DNA of 64,000 bases. Source: Dongiaceae bacterium (GTDB taxonomy: Bacteria > Verrucomicrobiota > Verrucomicrobiia > Limisphaerales > JAFMIX01). The notes beneath the pieces are model-generated. The model worked only from the letters and a program-made list of their open reading frames with translations, had not been told where the DNA came from and searched no databases. This document shows, piece by piece, positions 47,295-55,888 of this stretch. The position numbers were made by a program, and so were the translations under genes. The stretch is from NCBI GenBank assembly GCA_035492855.1, contig DATJIU010000012.1, forward strand, positions 3,053 through 67,052, in the 5' to 3' direction. The first letter of the stretch is position 1. The number at the start of each line of letters is the position of its first letter.

Positions 47295-48266
47295 ATGCCA
47301 CTTCCCCTCGACCAGATTCTTGTCGGCGATTGCCTGAAGTCGCTGCGCCAGCTCCCTGATGCCAGCGTGGATGTTTGTTTTGCCGATCCGCCCTTCAACC
47401 TCAAGAAACGCTACGGCAAACACGACGATGCCATGGCCTTGGAGGAATATCTGGCCTGGTGCGAGCAGTGGATTCTGGAACTGGTGCGCGTAACCAAACC
47501 CACTGGCAGCATCTTCCTCCACAACATCCCCAAGTGGCTCACATATTACGCGGCCATCCTCAACCGCAGCACGCACTTCCGGCATTGGATTGCGTGGGAC
47601 GCCATGAGCACGCCGCTGGGCAAGACGCTGATGCCGGCGCATTACGGCATCCTCTTTTATACGAAGGCCGCCAAGGGTTACAAATTTAACGAAATCCGCG
47701 CCCCGCACAAACGCTGCCGGCTCTGCAACGGGTTTCTCAAGGATTACGGCGGCAAGAAGGACATGATGCATGCGTTCGGCCAGTTGGTGAGCGATGCCTG
47801 GACGGATATTCACCGTATCAAACACAACAAACGCCGCGACGAACATCCCTGCCAGTTGCCCATTCACCTGCTGGAACGTGTCATTTTAATGAGCACCGAC
47901 CCGGGGGACGTGGTGCTGGATCCGTTTCTCGGCACGGGCACCACGGCCATTGCTGCCAAGCAGCTCGGCCGGCATTACATCGGCCTGGAACTGGATGAGA
48001 ATTACGCCCGCATTGCCGAACAGAAACTCGCGCGCACCGGCCCCAGCCGGCATGAAGGATTTTTTGTATCGCTGTACCTCGGCAAGCTGCAGACGATCCG
48101 CGAAGTGGATGCGAAGCAGCTTTTTCCGCCGCAATTGACGAAGCAACAGAAACGCGCCAAAAAAGAAGCGCCGCGGCCCGAGGAGCCGGAACTGATTGAC
48201 GTGCCGCGCCAACGCCGGCCCCGGCGCCGGGTCAGTGCTTCCGCCGCGCCGGCAGGTAAACCGTAA
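47295..48266 (+). CDS. Beta-class N6-adenine/N4-cytosine DNA methyltransferase (orphan)
   Basis: 323 aa. Motif IV 'ADPPFNL' precedes motif I 'DPFLGTGTTAIAA' (the beta-class order), and 'HPCQLPIHLLERVI' is present. The C-terminal tail is basic and disordered. It starts 8 nt after the ABC gene. No restriction-enzyme gene is nearby. Confidence 0.85.
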   Translation: MPLPLDQILVGDCLKSLRQLPDASVDVCFADPPFNLKKRYGKHDDAMALEEYLAWCEQWILELVRVTKPTGSIFLHNIPKWLTYYAAILNRSTHFRHWIAWDAMSTPLGKTLMPAHYGILFYTKAAKGYKFNEIRAPHKRCRLCNGFLKDYGGKKDMMHAFGQLVSDAWTDIHRIKHNKRRDEHPCQLPIHLLERVILMSTDPGDVVLDPFLGTGTTAIAAKQLGRHYIGLELDENYARIAEQKLARTGPSRHEGFFVSLYLGKLQTIREVDAKQLFPPQLTKQQKRAKKEAPRPEEPELIDVPRQRRPRRRVSASAAPAGKP

Positions 48267-49515
48267 AGGCCGTGCCAAGACCTTCGTCGGTATGCACCCA
48301 CAGCAGGCCGGTGGCGGCCTTGACCAGCCGCAGCACAATGCTCAGGCCTAGGCCGGTGCCGTTGCGCGCGGATTTGGTGGTGAAGTAGGGATCAAAAATC
48401 TTGGGCAACACCTCCGGGGGAATGCCCGGCCCGGTGTCCCGCACCGTCAGGGCCACCAGCGGCGCGGTGTTGTCAAAGCTTTCCACATTGAGCCAGCGGT
48501 CGCCGGGCCCGTCCTTGATCTGCGCCGGTGACAGCACTTCAGCGAGCACTTCCCCCAGGATTTCCACCCGATGGCTGTGCGCGGTGCATTGGAACGCATT
48601 GGTGGCCAGGTTCAGCAGGATCTGGATGAGGTCCGTGCCGTTGATGCTCACCAGCACATCTTCGTGCAACGGGCGCAGCACAAATTCATTGTTTTGCACG
48701 CTGGGATGCACGCGGATCAGTTCACCGAGGTCGGTCAGCAGCTGGTTGACCCCCACCACGGTGGAAGAATCGGACTGCCGGCGCAAAAACCCGAGATACC
48801 GCCGGGAAATTTCAATGCAGTTGGTCACCTGCCGGGTGATGGTCTTGAGCCGGTCCTTGACGAAATCCAGGTCTTCCGTATCCAGTTCCGTGGCGCTGCC
48901 CATGCGCTGGTTGATCAACTGGATGTAACCGGAGATGACTGTAAGCGGCCCGTTGATGTCGTGAATGATGCTGGCGTAGATGTCACCCCGGGCGCGGAAA
49001 ATCTGGCCCTCCATCTTCTGGTTCTGCAGTTCGGAGAGCAACTGCTGCAGCTGCTGGGCGTTATCCTGGATTTCCCCGGCAAGGGAACGCCGGTGCATGG
49101 CATTGGCTACAGCGGAACGGATGGTCGAAATGTCGAACGGCTTGTTGATGTAATCACAGGCCCGCAACCGCAAGGCCTGGCGCATGGTGTCGGCCGTCTC
49201 AAACGCGGTCATCATCACCACTTCGATGTGCGGGTCCACGAATTTGAGGCGTTCCAGCACTTCAATGCCCGACATTCCGCCCATGCGGATGTCCAGCACG
49301 GCCACGTCAATCCGGTTTTGCTGGGCAAATTCGATTGCACTTCGGCCATCGGCGGCGAGCAGGAGGTTGTACTCATCTTTGAAGACCACGCGCAGCGATT
49401 GCCGGGGTCCTTCCTCGTCATCTACCACCAAAAGAGTACCGCGACGGGGCAGCAATGGAACCACCGAAGGCGGTGGCGGAGTCCTTACGACCTCAACTGG
49501 GGGGGCTAGGGACAT
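48232..49515 (-). CDS. Receiver-histidine kinase fusion (REC + DHp + HATPase)
   Basis: The start is taken at ATG 49515 (MSLAPPVEV...). The REC is canonical ('LLVVDDEEG', 'VLDIRMGGMSG', 'MMTAF', 'INKPF'). The DHp is 'ASIIHDINGPLTVISGY'. The HATPase has 'LLNLATNAFQ', 'RDTGPGI' and 'GTGLGLS'. Confidence 0.85.
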   Translation of the reverse strand: MSLAPPVEVVRTPPPPSVVPLLPRRGTLLVVDDEEGPRQSLRVVFKDEYNLLLAADGRSAIEFAQQNRIDVAVLDIRMGGMSGIEVLERLKFVDPHIEVVMMTAFETADTMRQALRLRACDYINKPFDISTIRSAVANAMHRRSLAGEIQDNAQQLQQLLSELQNQKMEGQIFRARGDIYASIIHDINGPLTVISGYIQLINQRMGSATELDTEDLDFVKDRLKTITRQVTNCIEISRRYLGFLRRQSDSSTVVGVNQLLTDLGELIRVHPSVQNNEFVLRPLHEDVLVSINGTDLIQILLNLATNAFQCTAHSHRVEILGEVLAEVLSPAQIKDGPGDRWLNVESFDNTAPLVALTVRDTGPGIPPEVLPKIFDPYFTTKSARNGTGLGLSIVLRLVKAATGLLWVHTDEGLGTAFTVYLPARRKH

Positions 49516-49597
49516 CACATTATTAGGTCGAATACTACGCGAACGACTCGACCACTCAAGCACAAATGTCCGAAAGCTGGAAAAAGCGGCCCGAGGC

Positions 49598-51694
49598 TCA
49601 ATGAGCCACCTTTTCGGCGAGAGGCGTCCCGGTGCCGTTGGATTCCTGCGGGAGGGAGATGCGCACCACCCCGTTTTGCCCGGCTTTGGTGGGCAAAATC
49701 TCGAGCTTGCCATGATGCGTCTCGATGATGCGGCGGCAAACGGTCAGGCCTAGGCCCAAGCCCACATTGCGGGTGGTAAAGAAGGGTGCGGGTACTTTTT
49801 GGGCCAATTCCGGGGTGAATCCGGTCCCGTTATCCTTAATTTCGATGTTCAACCCGGATTCTGTGACATGACCATTGCCATTGGCTAAAGCCACTTCCAG
49901 CAGGCGCACTCCAATTTGGGGGTCGCCCGGGTTGGACTGCAGGGCATTGAGAATAATTTCGGCGAGAGCGTGTTTCAAGGCCGCCCGGTCACCGGTAACG
50001 ATAATGGGCTTGCCGGAGTCCTCATATTTGAGCCGGGCACTCTTAACTGGCTGATATTTCTGCGCTTCTTCGTAAGCCTCTTCGATGAGCGGGCCTAGCG
50101 GGAAAGCCTCGCTAGCCACGATGCCATCCCGCGCAAGGAAGCGCATCTGATTGATCAACCGAGAGATGCGTTTTACGCCATCAGCCAATGCCACATCCAA
50201 AGAGGCCCGGAATTCCGGGTCTTTGTAGCGGTCGGACAATAGTTGCTGGTGAGTGGAAAGCGGCACCAAGGCATTGCCAACTTCATGGGCCAAGCGGTCC
50301 GCCATGGTCTTGACCAGACGCAAATTGGAGGCTTCCAGTTCCAGCTTCTGCAACTGCTCGGTCTGGGTAAGGTCTTCCACGACAAGCAGGGCAGCGCTGG
50401 GTAATGCCGAGTTTTGGCGCTGGAACGGCACTACATTTATGTTGAAGACCTGACGGCGGGTTGATTCCGCCGGTTCAAATTTAAACGGTTCCACCGCCGT
50501 GCCGGTCTTGAGCACCTGGTAAATCTTGCCACCGAGCATCTGCGGCAGGTCGGTGAATTCCAAATCGCCGGCGCGCGGTCCCAGCCGGCCAAACAGCCGG
50601 CGGGCGGCTTTGTTGGCATGCAGGATGGCGAGGTCGCGGCTGACTACGACGCAGGCGCTGCTGAGTTCGCGCAGCACATCGGCCATCATCTCGTTGTTGG
50701 CCGCCACCTGGTCGTGCAACCAGATGTTCTTGATGGCAAGGCCCAACTGCTCCAAGAGGTGAAAAATCAGTTCCAGCTCGTTGTTGGCCAGCGGTTCGCC
50801 GGTGATGCGGCCGTCAAACACCGCCACGCCGACAAGGTTTTCTCGGTCCAGCACCGGCACAGCCACCTGGGCCCCGAGCAGTTCAAATTCCTTCTGGGTT
50901 TCGATGTCGGTGCGGGATTCATCGCTATTGCGGCGCAGGATGCGCCCGGAGCGGACCAACTGACCGCCAATGCCCACTTCCAAGGAAAGTTCCAGATGGT
51001 CCAGCAACCCCTGCGGCAGGCCCACGGCGCAAACCGAACGCAACCGGCGGGCGTCGTCGGGATTTCCGGCAAACCCGGAAGCCGGCTGGCGCAAAAAGAT
51101 GGCCGCCCGATTGATGCCCATGATCTCGCGCAGCATCAGCAGAAACTGCTTCAGCATGGCCTCCGAATTCAGCGAGTGGGTCAGGATCGCGGAAAAATCG
51201 CGCAGCACCTCCCAGGTTTTGTAGGCGCTGGGGCGGGTGATGAAATTGGTATCATCCGGATTGGAAATACTTTCCAAGGAAGTCATGTTTCCGGAAGTCT
51301 TGCCGGCGGATTTGGTGGGCGCCGTCAGGATTGCGGGCTCGGTCCACAAACGGGCGAGCACGGCGTTCAACATGCGGGCGCGGACCGGCTTGTTCAGCAC
51401 GTGCCGGACACCCTTGAGATATGCCTCCTCCTCCCACTCCCAAGATTTTTCGCTGGTAAAAACCAGCAGGGGAACCTGGGTCAACCGGCGCTGCAGTTTC
51501 TCAATCAGCCACACGCCCTGCACGTTCGTGCAGTCCATGTCTACCACGCAGGCCTGAACCAGACCATGGGCCAAAAGGGGCTCAGCCTCCTCCAAGTTCA
51601 TGCGGTGAACGACCCGATAGTCCGCCGGGTTGAGGGCGGCACGGATGGCCTCCGCCAACTCAGGATGTTCAGCCAAAACTAAAAGGGTTCTCAC
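49598..51694 (-). CDS. Atypical-receiver / GAF / PAS sensor histidine kinase
   Basis: 698 aa. The REC-like N-domain lacks the acidic pair ('LVLAEHPE') but keeps 'VVDMD' and 'LNKPV'. The GAF block runs from 'LREIMGINRAAIFL...' to '...VPVLDRENLVGVAVF'. A PAS-like 'VVVSRDLAILHANKAARRLFG' follows. The DHp is 'MADRLAHEVGNALVPL' and the HATPase has 'ILNALQS', 'KDNGTGF' and 'GLGLGLT'. Confidence 0.85.
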   Translation of the reverse strand: MRTLLVLAEHPELAEAIRAALNPADYRVVHRMNLEEAEPLLAHGLVQACVVDMDCTNVQGVWLIEKLQRRLTQVPLLVFTSEKSWEWEEEAYLKGVRHVLNKPVRARMLNAVLARLWTEPAILTAPTKSAGKTSGNMTSLESISNPDDTNFITRPSAYKTWEVLRDFSAILTHSLNSEAMLKQFLLMLREIMGINRAAIFLRQPASGFAGNPDDARRLRSVCAVGLPQGLLDHLELSLEVGIGGQLVRSGRILRRNSDESRTDIETQKEFELLGAQVAVPVLDRENLVGVAVFDGRITGEPLANNELELIFHLLEQLGLAIKNIWLHDQVAANNEMMADVLRELSSACVVVSRDLAILHANKAARRLFGRLGPRAGDLEFTDLPQMLGGKIYQVLKTGTAVEPFKFEPAESTRRQVFNINVVPFQRQNSALPSAALLVVEDLTQTEQLQKLELEASNLRLVKTMADRLAHEVGNALVPLSTHQQLLSDRYKDPEFRASLDVALADGVKRISRLINQMRFLARDGIVASEAFPLGPLIEEAYEEAQKYQPVKSARLKYEDSGKPIIVTGDRAALKHALAEIILNALQSNPGDPQIGVRLLEVALANGNGHVTESGLNIEIKDNGTGFTPELAQKVPAPFFTTRNVGLGLGLTVCRRIIETHHGKLEILPTKAGQNGVVRISLPQESNGTGTPLAEKVAH

Positions 51695-51944
51695 GTTTAC
51701 ACTTAGGTGCTTTTCAGGTGCGCAATCGGGACATCCGCCGCGCCCACAAATGCTCGGTCACCTGTAGATAAGCCACATAGAGTAGAGTTGGTCAACAGAA
51801 TCTTATTCAAAATAACACGGGAATCCCCGGAAGCATCCGCACGTGTAACCCCGGAAAATATCCCGGTGAAAATACGGAGCCTTTTTTGCCGGCCCAAACG
51901 CCTCCGGGATTGTCCGGAACCTGCCAAAAATTGCGGAAACCGGC

Positions 51945-53195
51945 CTATTCTGCCGAGATGAGTTTCTCCCACAGCGCATCGTTGAGCAGCACTTTTTCGA
52001 GCAGATTTTCGTTGCCCCCGTTCATTGGCGGCCGGTTGGAGTTGGTGAGCAGCCGGATCTTGAAAATGGTCCCCTGGCCGGGCTCGCTGGTGGCTTCAAT
52101 CTTGCCGCCGTGATGGTGCACGATGAAGAAGCACGCCATAAGATTGATGCCGTATTCCATCGGCGTATCGGTGCGCAGGACAAACGGATCGAATACCAGG
52201 CGCAGGGCCTCCTGGGGCAGGCCGGGGCCGTTGTCCTGGACTTGCAGGTGCACTTCGCCGTTGGGAGCGCTTTGCGCCGTGAGCGTGACCTTGGAACCGG
52301 AGGGCAAACTCACAATCTCGTCCTGCAGCAACAGTTCGAACAGCCGGGAAAACTTGGGCCGGTCCACTTGCAACGCGGGCAGGTCGGCCGGGATGAGGTT
52401 TTCCACGGTGATGTTTTTGGCGGCAAAGGCGGCCTGCAACCGGGTGATGGCGTCGTTCAACACATCGCGCAACAGCACCAGGTCGTCAAAGGTCATCGTG
52501 GGCGATTCCGACGCCGCCCAGAGGTCCTTGAGCATGTTGTTGATCTTCTCAATCTGCGTCTGGACGTTCTGGTAATATTCCTTCCAGAAATCGGGATTGC
52601 GCAACTCGTCCGCGCTCATCTTTTCCTCCTGGAGCTTGGAGGGGGCGAGGTCCAGGAAGGTTTTCACGGCCACCAGCGAATTCCGGATGTGATGGCTCAA
52701 TCCCGTGGCCAGCAGGCCCAGACTGACGATGCGGTCCGCAATCATCATGTTATGCAGCACCGAGAGCTTCTCGCGCAGCAACTGGTCGCGCTCGGACTGC
52801 ACCATGAAAAATTCCAGCCCGCGCTTGAGGGTGTGTTCCAGTTGGGGCGGGTCCCAGGGCTTGGTGACGTACTTGTAAATGGCGCCGGTATTCACGGCGG
52901 CAATGGCCGCATCCATGTCGGAATACGCGGTGGCGAGGATGCGGATGATGTGGGGCCGGAGCTGTCGCGCCCGTTCCAAAAGCCACACGCCCTTTTCGCC
53001 GGGCATCCGCTGGTCGGTCATCAGCAGCCCGATTTCGTCGGCATGCTGCTCCAGCAATTTCAAACCCTCCTGCGCGTTCATCGCGGTCAGAATGCGGAAC
53101 TGGTCGGAGAAGGCGCGTGAAAAATTTTTCAGCGACTGGGTCTCGTCATCCACATAGAGGATGTAAAACTTTTTGTAGTCGTATAGGTGATCCAT
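51945..53195 (-). CDS. Response regulator with a histidine-kinase-like output domain (PhcR-like architecture)
   Basis: 416 aa. REC motifs are 'ILYVDDETQ', 'LLMTDQRMPGEKG' and 'YVTKPWD'. The DHp-like motif is 'GLSHHIRNSLVAV'. The HATPase-like domain has altered N-box ('LLLQDEIV') and G2 ('EYGINL') but an intact G1 ('QDNGPGL'). It lies 17 nt after the upstream kinase. Confidence 0.85.
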   Translation of the reverse strand: MDHLYDYKKFYILYVDDETQSLKNFSRAFSDQFRILTAMNAQEGLKLLEQHADEIGLLMTDQRMPGEKGVWLLERARQLRPHIIRILATAYSDMDAAIAAVNTGAIYKYVTKPWDPPQLEHTLKRGLEFFMVQSERDQLLREKLSVLHNMMIADRIVSLGLLATGLSHHIRNSLVAVKTFLDLAPSKLQEEKMSADELRNPDFWKEYYQNVQTQIEKINNMLKDLWAASESPTMTFDDLVLLRDVLNDAITRLQAAFAAKNITVENLIPADLPALQVDRPKFSRLFELLLQDEIVSLPSGSKVTLTAQSAPNGEVHLQVQDNGPGLPQEALRLVFDPFVLRTDTPMEYGINLMACFFIVHHHGGKIEATSEPGQGTIFKIRLLTNSNRPPMNGGNENLLEKVLLNDALWEKLISAE

Positions 53196-53212
53196 AATCG
53201 CCGTTCCGCCTT

Positions 53213-55888
53213 TTAATGCCCCTCTTTGAGGGGAAATTCCAGTGTAAACTCACAGAACTTGCCGGGCTCGCTCCGCACCTGGATGCGCCCGTCCGCCTCC
53301 TTGACGATGCGGTAGCAGATGCTCAGGCCCAAGCCCATGCCCTGGCCCACGTCCTTGGTAGTGAAGAACGGGTCGAAAATTTTGTTCAGATGCTCGGCCT
53401 CGATGCCCGGACCATTGTCCCGGATAATCATCAGGCTGCGCCCGTTTTCCACCCGGCTTTCCACGCGCACGGTGGGCTTTTCGCCGTTGGCAAACTGCTT
53501 CTGCCGGAGGGCGTCGAGGGAATTTTGCAGCAGGTTAACGCAAACCTGGATGAGCTTGTTCTTGTTAACCGTCACGGTTTGTTCCTCGTCCAGGTATTTC
53601 TCCAACTGTACGGTTTCCCGCAGTTCATGGCTCAAGAATCGCAGCGCCGAGCCCATCACTTCCGTCACTTTCACCGTCTCCAGCTTGGTGCCGTCGTGAT
53701 GCGCGAACGGCCGCAGGTCGGAGACAATGTTCATCACCCGTTTCAGGCCGTCTTCCACGTCCTGGATGATGTCGGCGTATTCCGCCTGCTGTTCCGCCGC
53801 CACGAAGCGGCTCTTCTGTTTCAGCGTGTACAGGGCCTGGTTGGCATAGTTCAGCGGGTTGTTGATCTCATGGATGATGCCCGCGCTCATGCGCCCCAAC
53901 GACGCGAGTTTTTCACTCTGCACTAGTTGCGATTCCGTCTCCTTGAGTTGGCCGATGGCCGAGGCCAGCGCCTGATTCTGCTTGGCCAGTTCCGTCTGGT
54001 ATTCGTGCGATTCCAGCAAGTTCTTGATGCGGACGTGCAGTTCGGTGGTGGAAAACGGCTTGCCCAGAAAATCGTTGGCCCCGGCTGAGAGCGCCGTCAG
54101 CTTGGTGGCTTCGTCCGCCCGTGCGGTCAGCATGATGATGGGGATTTTCTGCGTGGTGGCCTGGGCCCGCAACTCGCGGCAGACCTGCAGGCCGTCCTTT
54201 TCCGGCATGTTCATGTCCAGCAGAATGATGTCTGGCAGCAACCCGGTGGCCTTCTCCACCGCCTGCTTGCCGTCCTCAGCTTCGATCACCCGGTAATAGC
54301 TGGTCAGCTGGGACTTCAAAAACCGCCGCATGTCCGGCTCGTCATCCGCCAGCAACAGACGCGCCCGCAAAGAAACATCCAGTTCATCAGTCGTCGCCGG
54401 AGCCTCCAACGGCGGGGCGATGGCGGGGAACAGTTCCGCCCGCCGGTACAGGCCCACCAGCCATTCGTCTGACTGGGCCGCCGGAACGGCGCCGGCCGGG
54501 GCCGCCGCCGGAACAGCCGCCGCGGCTTCCCGCCCGGCCGGGGTTTCGGCCGGGGGTGTTTCGGCAATCAGGTAAGGAATGGAAACCGTGAATGTGGTCC
54601 CCTGGCCCTCCTGGCTGACCACGGTCACCGTGCCGCCGTGCAACTCGGTGAGTTCCTTGACGAGCGACAGCCCGATGCCCACCCCCTGAAATTTGCGGTT
54701 GGAGGAATTATCCGCCTGCCAGAACCGGTCGAACACATGCGGCAGACTTTTGGCGGCGATGCCGACGCCGGTGTCGCGCACGGTCACCACCAGGTTTTCG
54801 CCTTCGCGGCGCGCGCGCAGTTCCACCAGGCCGTCCTTGGGCGTAAACTTGAGCGCGTTGAAAATGAGGTTCAGGAACACCTTTTCCAGCTTGTCGCGGT
54901 CGGCCAGGATGGCGTCCATGCCCGCGGCGGCGGACATTTCCAGGCGGATCTGCTTGGCTTGGGCCATCTGCTGCGTGGCGGCGGTGAGGCCCTTGATGAA
55001 GGCATTGATTTCCATCGGCTCGCGCTTGACCTCCAGCCGGCCGGACTCCAGCCGCACCAATTCCAGCAAATCGTTGATCAGCTTGAGCAACCGCATGCCG
55101 TTGGCGTGCATGATGCCCAGCAGATTGCGCGAGGCGGCATCCAGCGGGCTCCGCGGCTGGTGCAGCAAGGTTTCCAGCGGCGAGAGCAGCAGCGTCAGCG
55201 GCGTGCGCAGCTCGTGGCTGATGTTGGCAAAGAAGCGGCTCTTGATCTGGTCCAGTTCCACCAGTTTCTGGTTGCTCTCCTCGAGCGCCTTTTTGTTCTG
55301 GTCCAGTTCAAACCGCAGGGCAAATTCCCGAAACCGCCAGTGGCTGTGCACGTAGCTTCCGGTCACCACGATCACTCCCGTCAGGGCGAGAAAATACAGG
55401 TTGTTGGCAAAGGCCACCTGGGAGATGTGCCCGTGCGCGATGCAGGCGCCGACATACATCAGGACCACCAGGCTGACGGCGATCAAACTTTCAATCAGGG
55501 TCCAGTACAGCACGAAGCCGATGACCAGCAGCACCAGGTTCAATCCGGCGTAATACGGCGAGACCGAGCCTTCGGTCACAAAAATCATCCAGGAAATGAA
55601 CGAAGTCGGAAACATCGCCAGCAGCACCCCCAGGACGCGCGGGTGCTTCCGGCCCGCTGGCGAATCCACCACAGCCCAAAAAATGGCGATCAACGCCGAA
55701 CACGCCAGCCGCAAAATGAAAAAATGCCCCACCCGGGAGCGATACACAAAGTAATCCAGCACCACTCCCGCCGGCATCAGCAGCATGCCAATCCAGCAGC
55801 CGACCTTGACATTGTTGATGATGCTTTGCCGGTCATATTCGGCAAAGGCCCGCCGAATTTCGGGAGTATTGGTGAACGAGCTAGGCAT
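53213..55888 (-). CDS. Membrane-embedded hybrid histidine kinase with two kinase cores flanking one receiver
   Basis: The start is taken at ATG 55888 (MPSSFTNTPEI...). There are six hydrophobic helices in the first ~215 aa. Core 1 has HisKA 'ISHELRTPLT' and an HATPase ('RDTGVGI', 'GVGIGLS'). The REC has 'LLLADDEPD', 'LLDMNMPEKDG' and 'GKPF'. Core 2 has a DHp 'GIIHEINNPLNY' and an HATPase ('LLQNSLDA', 'RDNGPGI', 'GMGLGLS'). Confidence 0.85.
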   Translation of the reverse strand: MPSSFTNTPEIRRAFAEYDRQSIINNVKVGCWIGMLLMPAGVVLDYFVYRSRVGHFFILRLACSALIAIFWAVVDSPAGRKHPRVLGVLLAMFPTSFISWMIFVTEGSVSPYYAGLNLVLLVIGFVLYWTLIESLIAVSLVVLMYVGACIAHGHISQVAFANNLYFLALTGVIVVTGSYVHSHWRFREFALRFELDQNKKALEESNQKLVELDQIKSRFFANISHELRTPLTLLLSPLETLLHQPRSPLDAASRNLLGIMHANGMRLLKLINDLLELVRLESGRLEVKREPMEINAFIKGLTAATQQMAQAKQIRLEMSAAAGMDAILADRDKLEKVFLNLIFNALKFTPKDGLVELRARREGENLVVTVRDTGVGIAAKSLPHVFDRFWQADNSSNRKFQGVGIGLSLVKELTELHGGTVTVVSQEGQGTTFTVSIPYLIAETPPAETPAGREAAAAVPAAAPAGAVPAAQSDEWLVGLYRRAELFPAIAPPLEAPATTDELDVSLRARLLLADDEPDMRRFLKSQLTSYYRVIEAEDGKQAVEKATGLLPDIILLDMNMPEKDGLQVCRELRAQATTQKIPIIMLTARADEATKLTALSAGANDFLGKPFSTTELHVRIKNLLESHEYQTELAKQNQALASAIGQLKETESQLVQSEKLASLGRMSAGIIHEINNPLNYANQALYTLKQKSRFVAAEQQAEYADIIQDVEDGLKRVMNIVSDLRPFAHHDGTKLETVKVTEVMGSALRFLSHELRETVQLEKYLDEEQTVTVNKNKLIQVCVNLLQNSLDALRQKQFANGEKPTVRVESRVENGRSLMIIRDNGPGIEAEHLNKIFDPFFTTKDVGQGMGLGLSICYRIVKEADGRIQVRSEPGKFCEFTLEFPLKEGH

